Shown here one piece after another: positions 17,269-26,559 of a stretch of 35,485 bases of DNA. The DNA lies in the IMG/VR virus record IMGVR_UViG_3300033407_000075, positions 1 to 35,485 of that record; one strand, written 5' to 3'. Both the position numbers and the translations under genes were made by a program. The notes below the pieces were generated by a model. The model was not told the DNA's origin and did no database searches. It was given only the letters and a program-made list of their open reading frames with translations. The stretch comes from a virus (Duplodnaviria; Caudoviricetes). Each line of letters starts with the position of its first letter. Position 1 is the stretch's first letter.

Positions 17269-17325
17269 AAAAGAGGCCCCGCCGAAGGAAGGACCAAAGG
17301 GTTAGTCGGAATCCACGACGGGGCC
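17269..17325 (-). ncRNA. Candidate ~57-nt hairpin small RNA ending in a U-tract
   Basis: Minus strand GGCCCCGTCG...CGGCGGGGCC TCTTTT (10-bp stem whose G-U pair works only on the minus strand), with inner stem GACTAA/TTGGTC. Starts 6 nt after a TATAAT. Confidence 0.6.
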
Positions 17326-17330
17326 GCCCG

Positions 17331-17359
17331 ATTATAACCGAACGGGGCAGTGCGGTCAA
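17331..17359 (-). promoter_or_regulatory. Near-consensus antisense promoter
   Basis: Minus strand TTGACC (17359-17354), 17-nt spacer, TATAAT (17336-17331). Confidence 0.8.
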
Positions 17360-17431
17360 CGCGCGGACCAGACGTGATCTGCTGGGCATCTGCCTGTAGA
17401 CTGCTGAGTGGGTGTACCCGGAGGTTCTTCT

Positions 17432-18325
17432 GTGTCGACAGTCGCCGAGCTGGCCGACCGTGTCTATCGAGACTACCTGCACGCCCCGGAGGACCAGCCG
17501 ATTGCCATAACGCTCGGCGCGGACGTCAATAGCACCGACACGGCATGGACCTACGACGACGCCACGCTCGCGCCCGACGAGGAAGACCTGCTCGCCCCCG
17601 GTGTGCTGATCGAGTGCGGAACCGAGCAATGCCGGATCAGCGACGTGGACCACGACGCCAACACACTGACGGTGCTGCGCGGCGTCAACGGCACCTCGAA
17701 GACCACCCACCTCGAAGACGACGACATTCTCGTGGCCCCGGTGTTCTCCCGCAAGTCGGTCGTGGACGCGGTGATGGACGGCGTTGTCACCCTGTACCCG
17801 TCCCTGTGGCGCGTGGCCACGGAGACGATCACCGTCGCCGAGTCCTACGTGGAGGTCCCCGAGGAGGCCATCACCCTTGAGTCGTTCCTGTGGACCGACG
17901 GGACCAACTACTACCCAGGCAACCTGCCGACCCTGCTGTCCAACTTCCCGCCGTCGTCCACGAACAAGGCCGTCGTCCACTTCGGCGCCCCGACCGACCG
18001 AACGGGCTACCTGACCTACCGGGCCAAGTTCACCCGTCCGTCCACCGAGGCGACCGAGCTGTTCGACCTCGGCGTGCAGTCCGAGTGGGAGCGGATCGTT
18101 GTCGTGGGGGCTGCCGCACAGGTCGTCTCCGGTCGCCCGCCCGACGCGCTGACCGCCGAATACATCACCGAGCAACTGGAACGCGAGGCGCTGCCACCGG
18201 GCTCAGCCAACCGCATTCGCAACGGCTTGCTGAAACTGCGCTCGGTGTGGATCGACGAGGCCGCTCGCATCCTGCGTGCCGACCAGCACACGCCCGTCCA
18301 GTATCTGCCGACGAGGCGACAGTGA
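17432..18325 (+). CDS. Probable head-tail adaptor / tail tubular protein A-like
   Basis: GGAGG RBS then GTG 17432, 297 aa. Helix/beta/helix layout with LTVLRGVNGT...H module, located before the nozzle-like gene. Confidence 0.55.
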   Translation: MSTVAELADRVYRDYLHAPEDQPIAITLGADVNSTDTAWTYDDATLAPDEEDLLAPGVLIECGTEQCRISDVDHDANTLTVLRGVNGTSKTTHLEDDDILVAPVFSRKSVVDAVMDGVVTLYPSLWRVATETITVAESYVEVPEEAITLESFLWTDGTNYYPGNLPTLLSNFPPSSTNKAVVHFGAPTDRTGYLTYRAKFTRPSTEATELFDLGVQSEWERIVVVGAAAQVVSGRPPDALTAEYITEQLEREALPPGSANRIRNGLLKLRSVWIDEAARILRADQHTPVQYLPTRRQ

Positions 18326-20259
18326 GCCCCGCCCCGACCCTGACCACGGTCAGCAACCCGCGCAAGTGGGGCTTCGGGGTCGCGTTGGGGGACCGACTTT
18401 TCAGACTTGCTGTGGGGCCGGGCCGAACCATCCAGATCGACACGGCACCCGGCGAGGCTCCGCGCCTCAACACCGCGTCCTCTCCCGAGGAGATGGGCGA
18501 GACGGAGCCGGTGTTCGCGCGCTCGCGGTTCTCGGGCGGCGAGGGCTTGTTCCGTGCTCATGTCGAAGGCGCTGCCGCCGACCGCTTCTGGGACTCCAAG
18601 AACGTGTCGGTCGCGCCGGCCGAGCCCGGCGAGTTCCCCGAGGTCCGACTGCTGCACTCCACGGCATCCATCGAGACGTCTGCCGTCACGGGTCTGTATA
18701 CGGCCTACGACCGCACGGACGGCGCGCTCTACATGGTCGAAGGCGCGGTACTGCGCCGAACCGCCGACCCGACTGTGGCGTCCCCGACGTTCGCCGACGA
18801 TGACCCGACCGCCGTCGATGCAGCCACCGACGTCACCGACGTTGCGGTGCTCGGCGACGAGGTCTACGCAGCGACCGACCACGGCATCCACAAGAAGACC
18901 TCCGGCACCTGGGCGCACTGGGGCGACGAGCCCGCCTCCGCGGACTACGTGCGCATCTGGGCCGTCAAGGGCCGCATCGTCGCCTCCAACGGGGTGTCGC
19001 TCTACGAGGTGACGGCCTCGGGCGCTGCCCCTTCTGCACTGAAGACGCTCGCGCCGGGGGAGGGGTGGACCGACGTCGCGGACGGTGGCTCACACATTCT
19101 CGCGGGCGCATCCGATGGCTACGTGTACGCCTTCACTACCGAGTCGGGCTCGATGGCGCTCGACGCGCAGACCCTTTTCGAGACGGAGTCGGTCACTGCC
19201 ATTGCATCCACCCAAGGGGCCGTAGCGGTCGGCGTGTCTGCATCCAACGTTGGGCGCCTGTACGTCGGGGAGTTGGCCGACAACGGTCAGGTCAAGCCGA
19301 CCCGACTCATTCGCCAGTGGGGCGAATCGGGCACCGCCATCGACCAGGCCCCTCGCCGGATCATCGGAACCCGGGACTCCTTTGTCACGGCTGTCCCCGA
19401 CGGGACTGACACATTCCTGTGGCGCTACAACCTCGTGACGGCCGGGCTGTCCCGCGACCTGACCATCGACGGATCGTCGGGCGTGGTGCGCGGCATCGAA
19501 GTCATCGACGGTCGGTTGTTCGCCTCGGTGGACAGTGCCGGGCTGTTCCGCGAGACGTCCACCTACCCGTCGTCCGGCTACCTGATCGGACCACTCGGGG
19601 ACTTCTTAGTGGCGTCGAAGAAGTCGTGGGTCGGGGGTCGCCTCGAAACCGGGGACGTGACCAACGGGCAGTACGTCGAGCTTTACTACACGACCGACCC
19701 CGACGCACTCAGCGACCCTGGCTCGTCCTCGTGGACGCGGGTGGTCAAGAAGATTTCAGGCTCTGGCGACCCCGGCGAGTATGCGCTGACCTCGGTCGTG
19801 TCACGGTCGCTGGCGGGGATGGTCAAGCTCGCGCCGTCGTCAGACTCGGCCTCCACGCCGACGGTGCGTTCCTTCTCGTTCCGGGCCTACCCGACCACCG
19901 GGGAGGAAGACAAGATCATCGTCCTTCCGGTGGACATCGGGGACCAGATCGAACGGCGCGGCCGTCACCGTGTCCGCCGTCGTGGGCGCGGCAACGACGA
20001 GTACGTGGCGCTGCGCGCGCTCGACGGACAGCCGTTGACCATGCAGTTGTTCCGCCCGGAGATCACGATCCGAGGTGCCGTCAAGAGCATCGCTACTCCA
20101 GTGCTGGGCCTGTCGCACCGCGGGTCGCCGACGCTTGTCGCGCAGGTGACAGTGATCGGTCGTGAGGTGTCGCAGTCGGGCGGCTCCACGTCTAGCTCGG
20201 GGCCCTTCTCCACCCTCAGAACGTTCAGTGAACTTCCGACCTTCTCAGAAGTGGGATAA
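18322..20259 (+). CDS. Probable tail nozzle / tubular protein B-like (beta-propeller)
   Basis: GTGA overlap, 645 aa, repeated beta-blade-like segments and an FSGGEG motif. Confidence 0.6.
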   Translation: MSPAPTLTTVSNPRKWGFGVALGDRLFRLAVGPGRTIQIDTAPGEAPRLNTASSPEEMGETEPVFARSRFSGGEGLFRAHVEGAAADRFWDSKNVSVAPAEPGEFPEVRLLHSTASIETSAVTGLYTAYDRTDGALYMVEGAVLRRTADPTVASPTFADDDPTAVDAATDVTDVAVLGDEVYAATDHGIHKKTSGTWAHWGDEPASADYVRIWAVKGRIVASNGVSLYEVTASGAAPSALKTLAPGEGWTDVADGGSHILAGASDGYVYAFTTESGSMALDAQTLFETESVTAIASTQGAVAVGVSASNVGRLYVGELADNGQVKPTRLIRQWGESGTAIDQAPRRIIGTRDSFVTAVPDGTDTFLWRYNLVTAGLSRDLTIDGSSGVVRGIEVIDGRLFASVDSAGLFRETSTYPSSGYLIGPLGDFLVASKKSWVGGRLETGDVTNGQYVELYYTTDPDALSDPGSSSWTRVVKKISGSGDPGEYALTSVVSRSLAGMVKLAPSSDSASTPTVRSFSFRAYPTTGEEDKIIVLPVDIGDQIERRGRHRVRRRGRGNDEYVALRALDGQPLTMQLFRPEITIRGAVKSIATPVLGLSHRGSPTLVAQVTVIGREVSQSGGSTSSSGPFSTLRTFSELPTFSEVG

Positions 20260-20261
20260 CC

Positions 20262-21152
20262 GTGGCCGATCAGGAAACCAACGTCACCAACCGCGCAGAG
20301 ACAACGCTCTCTGGCGCGCTCGCCATCGGTGGCACGACGATCAACGTGACCGCTGGGTCTGCGTTCCCGGCCGTGCCCTTCTATGCGGTGATCGACCCCG
20401 GCGACGACGCCAAGGCTGAGGTCGTGGTGGTTGACGACTCGAAGTCGGCTTCGGCCTTCACCCTGACGGGCGCCGGCTCGCGCGGACAGGACGGCACCTC
20501 GGACGTCGCCCACGACTCGGGAGCAACCATCGCGGCAGTCCCGGTGGCTGCCCTGTGGACCGACATCAACGACCGCGTGGACGCGGCGGAGTCTTTGGTG
20601 GCCACACACGACCACGACGGCACGGGTGACGTGCAGATCGCCACCTCCGATCTGACGGGCCACACGAAGGCCGCACACGACGCGCTCAACATCGACGCGG
20701 ACACGCTCGACGGGTTGGACTCGACGGACTTTGAGGTGTCCGTAGACCACCTCCTCGCGGTGAAGACCGCTGACGAGTCGATGACGTCCGACACGACCCT
20801 GCAAAACGACGACCATCTCGTAGTCACGCTAGAGGCCAGCACCACGTATGTCTTCGAGTTGGTGTTGTTCGTGAGCGAGGGTGGCGGTTCGGTCAAGGCC
20901 GCCTTTGTTGTGCCATCGGGGTCCTCCTTGATCTGGGACAGCGACTCCGCAGTGACCGGGTTCGTCACTGCCTCCGGTTCGTCTGAGCGGATCACTACCA
21001 CTACCGGCGACTCTACGGCTCGGCTCGGTGGGCGCGTGACGACTGGCGGTACGCCTGGCGATCTTCAACTTCAGTGGGCTCAGAACGGTTCAACCCCCGC
21101 CACCTCAACCCTTAAGGCCGGGTCGTGGATTGAGGCTCGGAAGGTGGCTTGA
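20262..21152 (+). CDS. Minor tail / short fibre protein
   Basis: TTLSGAL...EVVVV...RGQDGT..AH N-terminal module, THDH and ADTLDGLDS fibre motifs, and a C-terminal beta-sandwich (LQLQWAQN...LKAGSW). Confidence 0.7.
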   Translation: MADQETNVTNRAETTLSGALAIGGTTINVTAGSAFPAVPFYAVIDPGDDAKAEVVVVDDSKSASAFTLTGAGSRGQDGTSDVAHDSGATIAAVPVAALWTDINDRVDAAESLVATHDHDGTGDVQIATSDLTGHTKAAHDALNIDADTLDGLDSTDFEVSVDHLLAVKTADESMTSDTTLQNDDHLVVTLEASTTYVFELVLFVSEGGGSVKAAFVVPSGSSLIWDSDSAVTGFVTASGSSERITTTTGDSTARLGGRVTTGGTPGDLQLQWAQNGSTPATSTLKAGSWIEARKVA

Positions 21153-21294
21153 TGACCGCCGACCCGTTCTGTCACCCGACGTCGAGCGCGTCGAATAAAC
21201 CCGAGATTCTACCACCGGGCTGACCATCGGCGGAAGCTAGGCAGAAGTTCAGCAGTTGTGTATCCTGTAGATCATCCTCAAGTTGGACGGTCAC

Positions 21295-21477
21295 ATGAAC
21301 CGAGCTTGGACAGACCTCCACCCGAAGATCCTCGCCGCCCTTCTCACGCTTGTCGTGATCATCGGCATTGTGTGGCTGGCGAGGGTCGCGCTCGGTGTCG
21401 ACCTCAACGAAGACTTCCGCAGCTTCGCCACGACCGTCCTTCCGCTCGTCGCCGGCTACCTCAAGTCTGGTGACTGA
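21295..21477 (+). CDS. Holin-like membrane protein
   Basis: 60 aa with two hydrophobic segments, upstream of the endolysin. Confidence 0.6.
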   Translation: MNRAWTDLHPKILAALLTLVVIIGIVWLARVALGVDLNEDFRSFATTVLPLVAGYLKSGD

Positions 21478-21480
21478 CCG

Positions 21481-21678
21481 ATGGGCGACACGGTCACGGT
21501 CGCCTGCCGGGGGTGCTCCCTCGGCGTACGCGCGGTCTGCGATTGTGACGGCTCGGGCATTCTGCGGGTGCCGGTCGATGTCATCCAGACCGAACCCTAC
21601 GTCTCGGACCTGCCGGACGTAGTGCTTGACCCTCGCCGTTTGCGCGGGGGTCTTTTGCATGCCGTCGGGGGGCGATGA
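21481..21678 (+). CDS. Small Cys-containing hypothetical protein
   Basis: CRGC...CDC motif, fills the gap exactly, but its 3' end overlaps a terminator-like hairpin. Confidence 0.35.
   Translation: MGDTVTVACRGCSLGVRAVCDCDGSGILRVPVDVIQTEPYVSDLPDVVLDPRRLRGGLLHAVGGR
21628..21656 (+). terminator. Intrinsic terminator-like hairpin
   Basis: GACCCTCGC-CGTTTGC-GCGGGGGTC followed by TTTT. Confidence 0.55.
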
Positions 21679-21981
21679 ATGGTGGAGGCAATCCTCACAA
21701 CCGCTGCGCTCATCACGGGGGTAACGATCATCGGCGGTGCCGGGGTCAAGGCGTTCCTTATCGCAAGGAAGGTCGTCCAGTGGGTCGAGCAGGTTCACAA
21801 AGTGACCACCCAGGAGCTGCGGCCCAACGGCGGGGCGTCCATGAAGGATGAGGTGCGCCAGATGCGCGACGATCTCTACGAATACATCGAGGACGACACC
21901 GAGCATCGCCAACGAACCTGGGTGGTCCTGCGCACTCACGCCGCCGACCATGGCCCGCCCCTGCCTGAGTGGGTCGACTAG
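21679..21981 (+). CDS. Lysis-cassette membrane protein
   Basis: N-terminal TM helix plus ELRPNGGASMKD, a motif typical of actinophage lysis-associated membrane proteins. Confidence 0.7.
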   Translation: MVEAILTTAALITGVTIIGGAGVKAFLIARKVVQWVEQVHKVTTQELRPNGGASMKDEVRQMRDDLYEYIEDDTEHRQRTWVVLRTHAADHGPPLPEWVD

Positions 21982-22865
21982 TGGCCCTCTACGACCGCGC
22001 GTACTGGCGCCCGCTCCCAGAGAACGAGACGGAGCCGCCCAACCACCCGCGCCTGTTCATCGTCCACGTCATCGTCGGTGGACTCGAAGCAGCCTACGGC
22101 CACTTCCTCAACTCGTCCAACTCCGAGTCCCACTTCGGCATCGGCTACGGGCTGGAGCAACGCCCGGTGCAGCAATGGCTCGACACCGACCGGGAGGCTG
22201 ACACCAACTGGGACGCCAACGGGATCTCGGTAACCGTCGAGACGGCCGGATACGCGCATGAGCCCTTCACCGACTTCCAGATCGAGGAGCTTGTCCAGCT
22301 CGGCGTCTGGACGTGCTGGACCCACGACATCCCGCCCGTGGTGGCGCAGGCATGGGACGGTACGGGGCTCGGCTGGCACGCGCAGTTCCCCGAGTGGAAC
22401 CGCTCGCGAAAAACCTGCCCCGGACAGCCTCGCATCGACCAGTTGCAGGGCTACGTGTTCCCCGAGATCGCACGACGAATGGAAGACGAAGTCATGAGAC
22501 GCAACGACAAGGCCGCGCCGAGCAAGGACGTCGAGTTCCTACAGGCCCGCCTCAACTGGTGGAGCTACAAGGGGCCAGTACCGGAGTTGACTCCCGATGG
22601 CGTGTTCGGTCAGAGGACCGAGGATGCCGTGAAGGCGTTCCAGTCCCGTGTTGGGCTGGACCCGACTGGCGTGGTCGGTGTGATGACCGCTGCCGCACTG
22701 ACCTACGAGGGGTCGATGAAGGACGGCGGCAAGGTTCTCAAGGCGCACACGGACAAGCCGCACGAGGGCAACTCGGGGACAGAGGCGCAGTCCCTGAAAG
22801 ACGCGATCAACAACCACGACCATGCTGGGAAGTTCTTGACCGGAAAGCCCCGACAGAAGGTGTAA
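21981..22865 (+). CDS. Endolysin: N-acetylmuramoyl-L-alanine amidase plus peptidoglycan-binding domain
   Basis: Amidase_2 motifs IVHV, SHFGI, VE, GWH and KTCPG. PG_binding_1 motif DGVFGQRTEDAVKAFQ...GL.PTGVVG. Confidence 0.88.
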   Translation: MALYDRAYWRPLPENETEPPNHPRLFIVHVIVGGLEAAYGHFLNSSNSESHFGIGYGLEQRPVQQWLDTDREADTNWDANGISVTVETAGYAHEPFTDFQIEELVQLGVWTCWTHDIPPVVAQAWDGTGLGWHAQFPEWNRSRKTCPGQPRIDQLQGYVFPEIARRMEDEVMRRNDKAAPSKDVEFLQARLNWWSYKGPVPELTPDGVFGQRTEDAVKAFQSRVGLDPTGVVGVMTAAALTYEGSMKDGGKVLKAHTDKPHEGNSGTEAQSLKDAINNHDHAGKFLTGKPRQKV

Positions 22866-22868
22866 CCC

Positions 22869-23093
22869 GTGGACCTGGCCGAGTTTCAACTGTCCGAGAA
22901 GCCCGGTGGTCGCTGCCGGTTCCCGCGACTCCTGACCGAGTTGGAGTCGGAGGACGCCGAGAAGCTCCTACAGGCGTTGCCCGCGCCCGACGTCCCACAT
23001 GTCGGCGTTCAGCGGTGGCTCAACGACCGCGGCATCGACATCAAATACAACGCTGTCCTGCGCCACCGCAACGGGCACTGCACTTGTGGCTGA
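22869..23093 (+). CDS. Small hypothetical protein (Cys/His C-terminus)
   Basis: 74 aa ending RHRNGHCTCG, overlapping the start of the phosphoesterase gene. Confidence 0.65.
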   Translation: MDLAEFQLSEKPGGRCRFPRLLTELESEDAEKLLQALPAPDVPHVGVQRWLNDRGIDIKYNAVLRHRNGHCTCG

Positions 23094-25308
23094 CCTGACG
23101 GAGTTCATGCAGTCCGGACCGAGTCGTAACGACCGCCACCCGAAGGGGTGGGCTCCCCGTGTAGACACCGAGACGGGTGTGGTGATCGTCCGCAGTGACG
23201 ACCCCGAGCCGCCCGGCGACTGGGACGAGATCATTCGTCAGTTCAAGTTGGACCCCGCCAAGTGGGAGGTTCTGTCGGACAGCGTCCACGTCCGCACCTG
23301 GGACATCAACGTCGGCGGGGGAGAGATCCAACGCTGCTACTACTACAAGACCGAGTTGCGACCCAGGCGCGCGAGCGCGACCGACGTAGACGAGATCATT
23401 TCGCGGGTGTCCAAGTGGCGCCCGCGCACTGTTACCACGGGTGTCGCCGAAGGAACCTACGTCGTGCCTGTTGGCGACCTCCAGTTGGGCAAGGCACTGA
23501 GCGACGACACGGAAATCCTCACAACGAGTGGGTGGAAGCGCCACGGAGACCTTCGTCCGGGTGACTACGTCTACGGGACCGACGGCAACCCGAAGCGTGT
23601 GCTCTCTGTTACTGGCTCCGCCCCGATGGAGTGCTTCCGAGTGGTCTTTGACAAAGGCGTCGAGATAGTCGCGTCTGGAAACCATCTATGGAGGGGCACG
23701 AGGCCCTACCGGATCGGCTCCAGAAGGGTGAAGGGCAAGCGCGTGGGTGGTCGCCCGGTCGACCGCGAACTGACATGGACGACCAGTGAGATTGCGAGCC
23801 TCAAGAGGCATGAGATCCGACCGGGGTACTTCACAACCGCCAGGCCCTTTCGGATCGACAACCCATCACCCATCGAACTCCCCGACGCCGACCTGCTGGT
23901 CGACCCGTACCTACTTGGCTTGTGGCTTGGGGACGGGAGCGCCCGAGCGGGATACATCACGAGCGGCTTCGAGGACGCCCCTCACTTGGACCACCTTGGC
24001 CACCGAATAGTTCCCAAGGGCCACGCCGCCACGATAAGGGTGCCAGGACTTACGGCCGACCTGCGTGCGCTCGGAGTTCTCGGCGACAAGCATGTCCCCG
24101 ACGAGTATCTGATGGCGTCACCGAAGCAGCGGATCGCGCTCCTTCAGGGACTCATGGACTCGGATGGATACTGTGGAGAGAGTGGTATTTGTGAGTTCTC
24201 GAACACCAACCAACAGTTGTCAGAGTCCGTTTATTGGATCGTCACGTCACTCGGCATGAAGGTGCGGTGGTCGTGGAAGTTCGGAACACTCCATGGCGAA
24301 GTGAAGTCTCCCGTCTTCCGAGTCCAGTTCACCCCACCGGAACACACCCCGGTCTTTCGCCTAGAGAGGAAGCTTGAGCGCCAGCGGCACGTACCACCCC
24401 AACACCAAATAACTCGCCGCTTCGTTCAGTATGTCGAGCCCGTTGGGACGCGCTCTGCTCAATGCATAACCCTTGAGGGGTCTATGTACCTGGCGGGTCG
24501 TGACCTCGTCCCGACGCACAACTCCGACGGGGGTGGATCACAAGGCATCGTGGACCGCTTCCTCGTAGAGATGGAGCGGGCCGCCCAACGTCTGCGCAAG
24601 CGCAACGGTCGCAAGGCTGCCGAACAAGTGTTCGTCCCCTGGATGGGCGATTGTATCGAGGGGCTGTGGTCGCAGAACAAGTCCCTGCGGATGCGGCTGG
24701 ACCTGACCGCCACCGAGCAGGTTCGCGTCTACCGCCACCTCATGCTCGCGCAGGTCAAGTTGTTCGCCCCGCTCACTGAGCGCCTCGTGGTCCCCGTCAT
24801 CCCCGGCAACCACGACGAGGCTGTCCGTGAGGGCGGGAAGATGGCGTCCTTCTGTGATGACTCGTGGGCCATCGAAGGCGCGTCGGCCGTGATGGCTGCC
24901 GTCAACGAGAACCCCGAGCTGCGCGAGAAGGTCGAGTTCGTGTTCCCCGGCCACGATCAACTCACGCTCACACTCGACGTGGACGGAACCTACGTCGGGC
25001 TGGCGCACGGCCATCAGTTCCCCGGAGGCGCCGACGGCTGGCGCAAGTGGTGGAACGACCAGGCGGGCGGCAGGACTCCGGTCGGGATGGCTGACGTGCT
25101 CCTGGCCGCACACCTGCATCACCTGAGAGTTCAGGACCACGGGGACGGCCGACTGTTCCTTCAGATCCCCGCACTCGACGGGGGCTCGACGTGGTTCAAG
25201 CACCGTCGCGGCGAAGCATCCCCGCCACGAGTGGTCACCTTCTTCACCAAGGACGGCCACGTGTGGGGTCTCGACCCGGTCACGACCAAACCAGAGGCAG
25301 TTGCATGA
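23086..25308 (+). CDS. Calcineurin-like metallophosphoesterase (Mre11-like), intein-containing
   Basis: Motifs GDLQLGK, MGDCIE, PGNHD, AHGH and AHLHH. GTG start at 23086. Confidence 0.85.
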   Translation: MADLTEFMQSGPSRNDRHPKGWAPRVDTETGVVIVRSDDPEPPGDWDEIIRQFKLDPAKWEVLSDSVHVRTWDINVGGGEIQRCYYYKTELRPRRASATDVDEIISRVSKWRPRTVTTGVAEGTYVVPVGDLQLGKALSDDTEILTTSGWKRHGDLRPGDYVYGTDGNPKRVLSVTGSAPMECFRVVFDKGVEIVASGNHLWRGTRPYRIGSRRVKGKRVGGRPVDRELTWTTSEIASLKRHEIRPGYFTTARPFRIDNPSPIELPDADLLVDPYLLGLWLGDGSARAGYITSGFEDAPHLDHLGHRIVPKGHAATIRVPGLTADLRALGVLGDKHVPDEYLMASPKQRIALLQGLMDSDGYCGESGICEFSNTNQQLSESVYWIVTSLGMKVRWSWKFGTLHGEVKSPVFRVQFTPPEHTPVFRLERKLERQRHVPPQHQITRRFVQYVEPVGTRSAQCITLEGSMYLAGRDLVPTHNSDGGGSQGIVDRFLVEMERAAQRLRKRNGRKAAEQVFVPWMGDCIEGLWSQNKSLRMRLDLTATEQVRVYRHLMLAQVKLFAPLTERLVVPVIPGNHDEAVREGGKMASFCDDSWAIEGASAVMAAVNENPELREKVEFVFPGHDQLTLTLDVDGTYVGLAHGHQFPGGADGWRKWWNDQAGGRTPVGMADVLLAAHLHHLRVQDHGDGRLFLQIPALDGGSTWFKHRRGEASPPRVVTFFTKDGHVWGLDPVTTKPEAVA
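23494..24522 (+). mobile_element. Class 3 intein (343 aa) with LAGLIDADG homing endonuclease
   Basis: Begins ALSDDTEILTTSGW and ends VPTHN before Ser+1. Block B ASGNHLW, block F AQCITL, LAGLIDADG motifs LLGLWLGDG and LLQGLMDSDG. Confidence 0.9.
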
Positions 25309-25571
25309 CGGACTCCAAGGTCGAACTTCTCCGAGACGCGGAGCAGGTACTGATCCAGCGGGGCGAGGAATATGGGCCGGTGGCTTCACACCACACGTCC
25401 ACAGCCCAGGCGTGCAACGCGATTCTCGGGACCGAGCTGAACCCGTCGGACGTCGCACTCATCTTCGCCATCGACAAGTTGGTCCGTCGGCGCACATCGC
25501 CGAAGAAGCGCGACCACTATCTCGACGGGGCCAACTACATCGCTATCGCATGGGAACACGAGGGCGGTTGA
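25305..25571 (+). CDS. DUF6378-like small helical phage protein
   Basis: ATGA overlap. L..A..V...RG.EYG...K..R......DHYLDGANY pattern. Confidence 0.7.
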   Translation: MTDSKVELLRDAEQVLIQRGEEYGPVASHHTSTAQACNAILGTELNPSDVALIFAIDKLVRRRTSPKKRDHYLDGANYIAIAWEHEGG

Positions 25572-25572
25572 C

Positions 25573-25836
25573 ATGATCGGGTGGGGAACGTTGGCCGGCA
25601 CCATCTTCGTAATCGAATGGGCGCTGGGGAAGTCCGGCAGACCCCTGTTGTCCCACGACGCATGGGAGTTGATCGAGCGCGACCGCGGGTGGGTCGTCTA
25701 CGGGACGGTCGTCGCCGTCAGTTACCACCTCCTCGCGCCTCGCCGTCGGTGGAGGGATGCCGTCACGTTCGGGGCCGGTGCCGCCCTGGCCAACCGCTCC
25801 TACCGGGGCATGTTCAGGCGGGTGCACATCCCATGA
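25573..25836 (+). CDS. Small membrane protein
   Basis: 87 aa with hydrophobic segments and a GAGGG RBS. Confidence 0.55.
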   Translation: MIGWGTLAGTIFVIEWALGKSGRPLLSHDAWELIERDRGWVVYGTVVAVSYHLLAPRRRWRDAVTFGAGAALANRSYRGMFRRVHIP

Positions 25837-26000
25837 CCTTCGTCTGGTGTCCCGATGGTCGCTGCCGAGCTGTAGCGGAGATCATCGGAGAGCACTGGAT
25901 TGAGACGTCAGCCGGCGTGCGGATACTCGTCGTCGAAGTGCTCTGCTGCGCCGGACACACCTTCCGGGCTCCTCGGGCGAAGCTGACGAAGCTGGACTGA
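25833..26000 (+). CDS. Small putative zinc-binding protein
   Basis: ATGA overlap, CPDGRC...CCAGH. Overlaps a convergent minus-strand ORF. Confidence 0.45.
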   Translation: MTFVWCPDGRCRAVAEIIGEHWIETSAGVRILVVEVLCCAGHTFRAPRAKLTKLD

Positions 26001-26129
26001 GTCGTCCTCTAGCATCTTCTGCACTCGTCGGGTGGCAAGCGCGCGCTGCGTCCGCTTGAGCACGTGCGCTGCCCATTCGAGCGCGGCGCCCGCCCCGACG
26101 ATGATGAGCCCGATCAGCAGCCAGGTCAC
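25908..26129 (-). CDS. Small membrane protein
   Basis: N-terminal TM helix then a basic helix. Start shares a base with the upstream stop. Confidence 0.5.
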   Translation of the reverse strand: MTWLLIGLIIVGAGAALEWAAHVLKRTQRALATRRVQKMLEDDSVQLRQLRPRSPEGVSGAAEHFDDEYPHAG

Positions 26130-26341
26130 TAGCCGCCCCCACCGTCAACCAGTGACTTGACACCACGGCCCATTCTGTCAAGGGGTTCCTTGACGCCCAC
26201 GTAGGCCCGCAGGTGGGTCACCTCGGTCAGTAGCGCATGGACTGCACAGTCGATGTGGTCGCCGTAGCAACCGTCGTAGTGCGTCGACCCTTCGGGCCGG
26301 TAACGCCGGTTGAGTAGGTCACGGATCGGTTGCAGGTCCAC
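26129..26341 (-). CDS. Hypothetical protein
   Basis: GTG 26341 coupled to the upstream TAG, HYDGCYGDHIDC motif. Confidence 0.5.
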   Translation of the reverse strand: MDLQPIRDLLNRRYRPEGSTHYDGCYGDHIDCAVHALLTEVTHLRAYVGVKEPLDRMGRGVKSLVDGGGG

Positions 26342-26559
26342 TAGCCGTCCCTGTCGTCGTATTCGGCGAGCCGGTCGGCACGGACTCGTTCGTACTGCGC
26401 GTCGGTGTGCCATGCGCAGGCGTAGACGCCTGACCTGCCGGTGTGGACGATCACACGCTTCGCGAGCAGTGTCGGAAGCAGGTGCCCGCAGATCGGGCAT
26501 GGCGGGTTGCTCATGGCGTGGTCGAGTCTGGCGCCTGCCGGGGTGGTCAACGTGGGCAT
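26341..26559 (-). CDS. Small zinc-finger-like protein
   Basis: CPICG...CAWH, abuts its neighbours. Confidence 0.55.
   Translation of the reverse strand: MPTLTTPAGARLDHAMSNPPCPICGHLLPTLLAKRVIVHTGRSGVYACAWHTDAQYERVRADRLAEYDDRDG

Noticed and set aside
17890-18321. ORF-track start of the nozzle-like gene
   Set aside because: It lies inside the adaptor gene. The GTGA overlap at 18322 is the plausible start.
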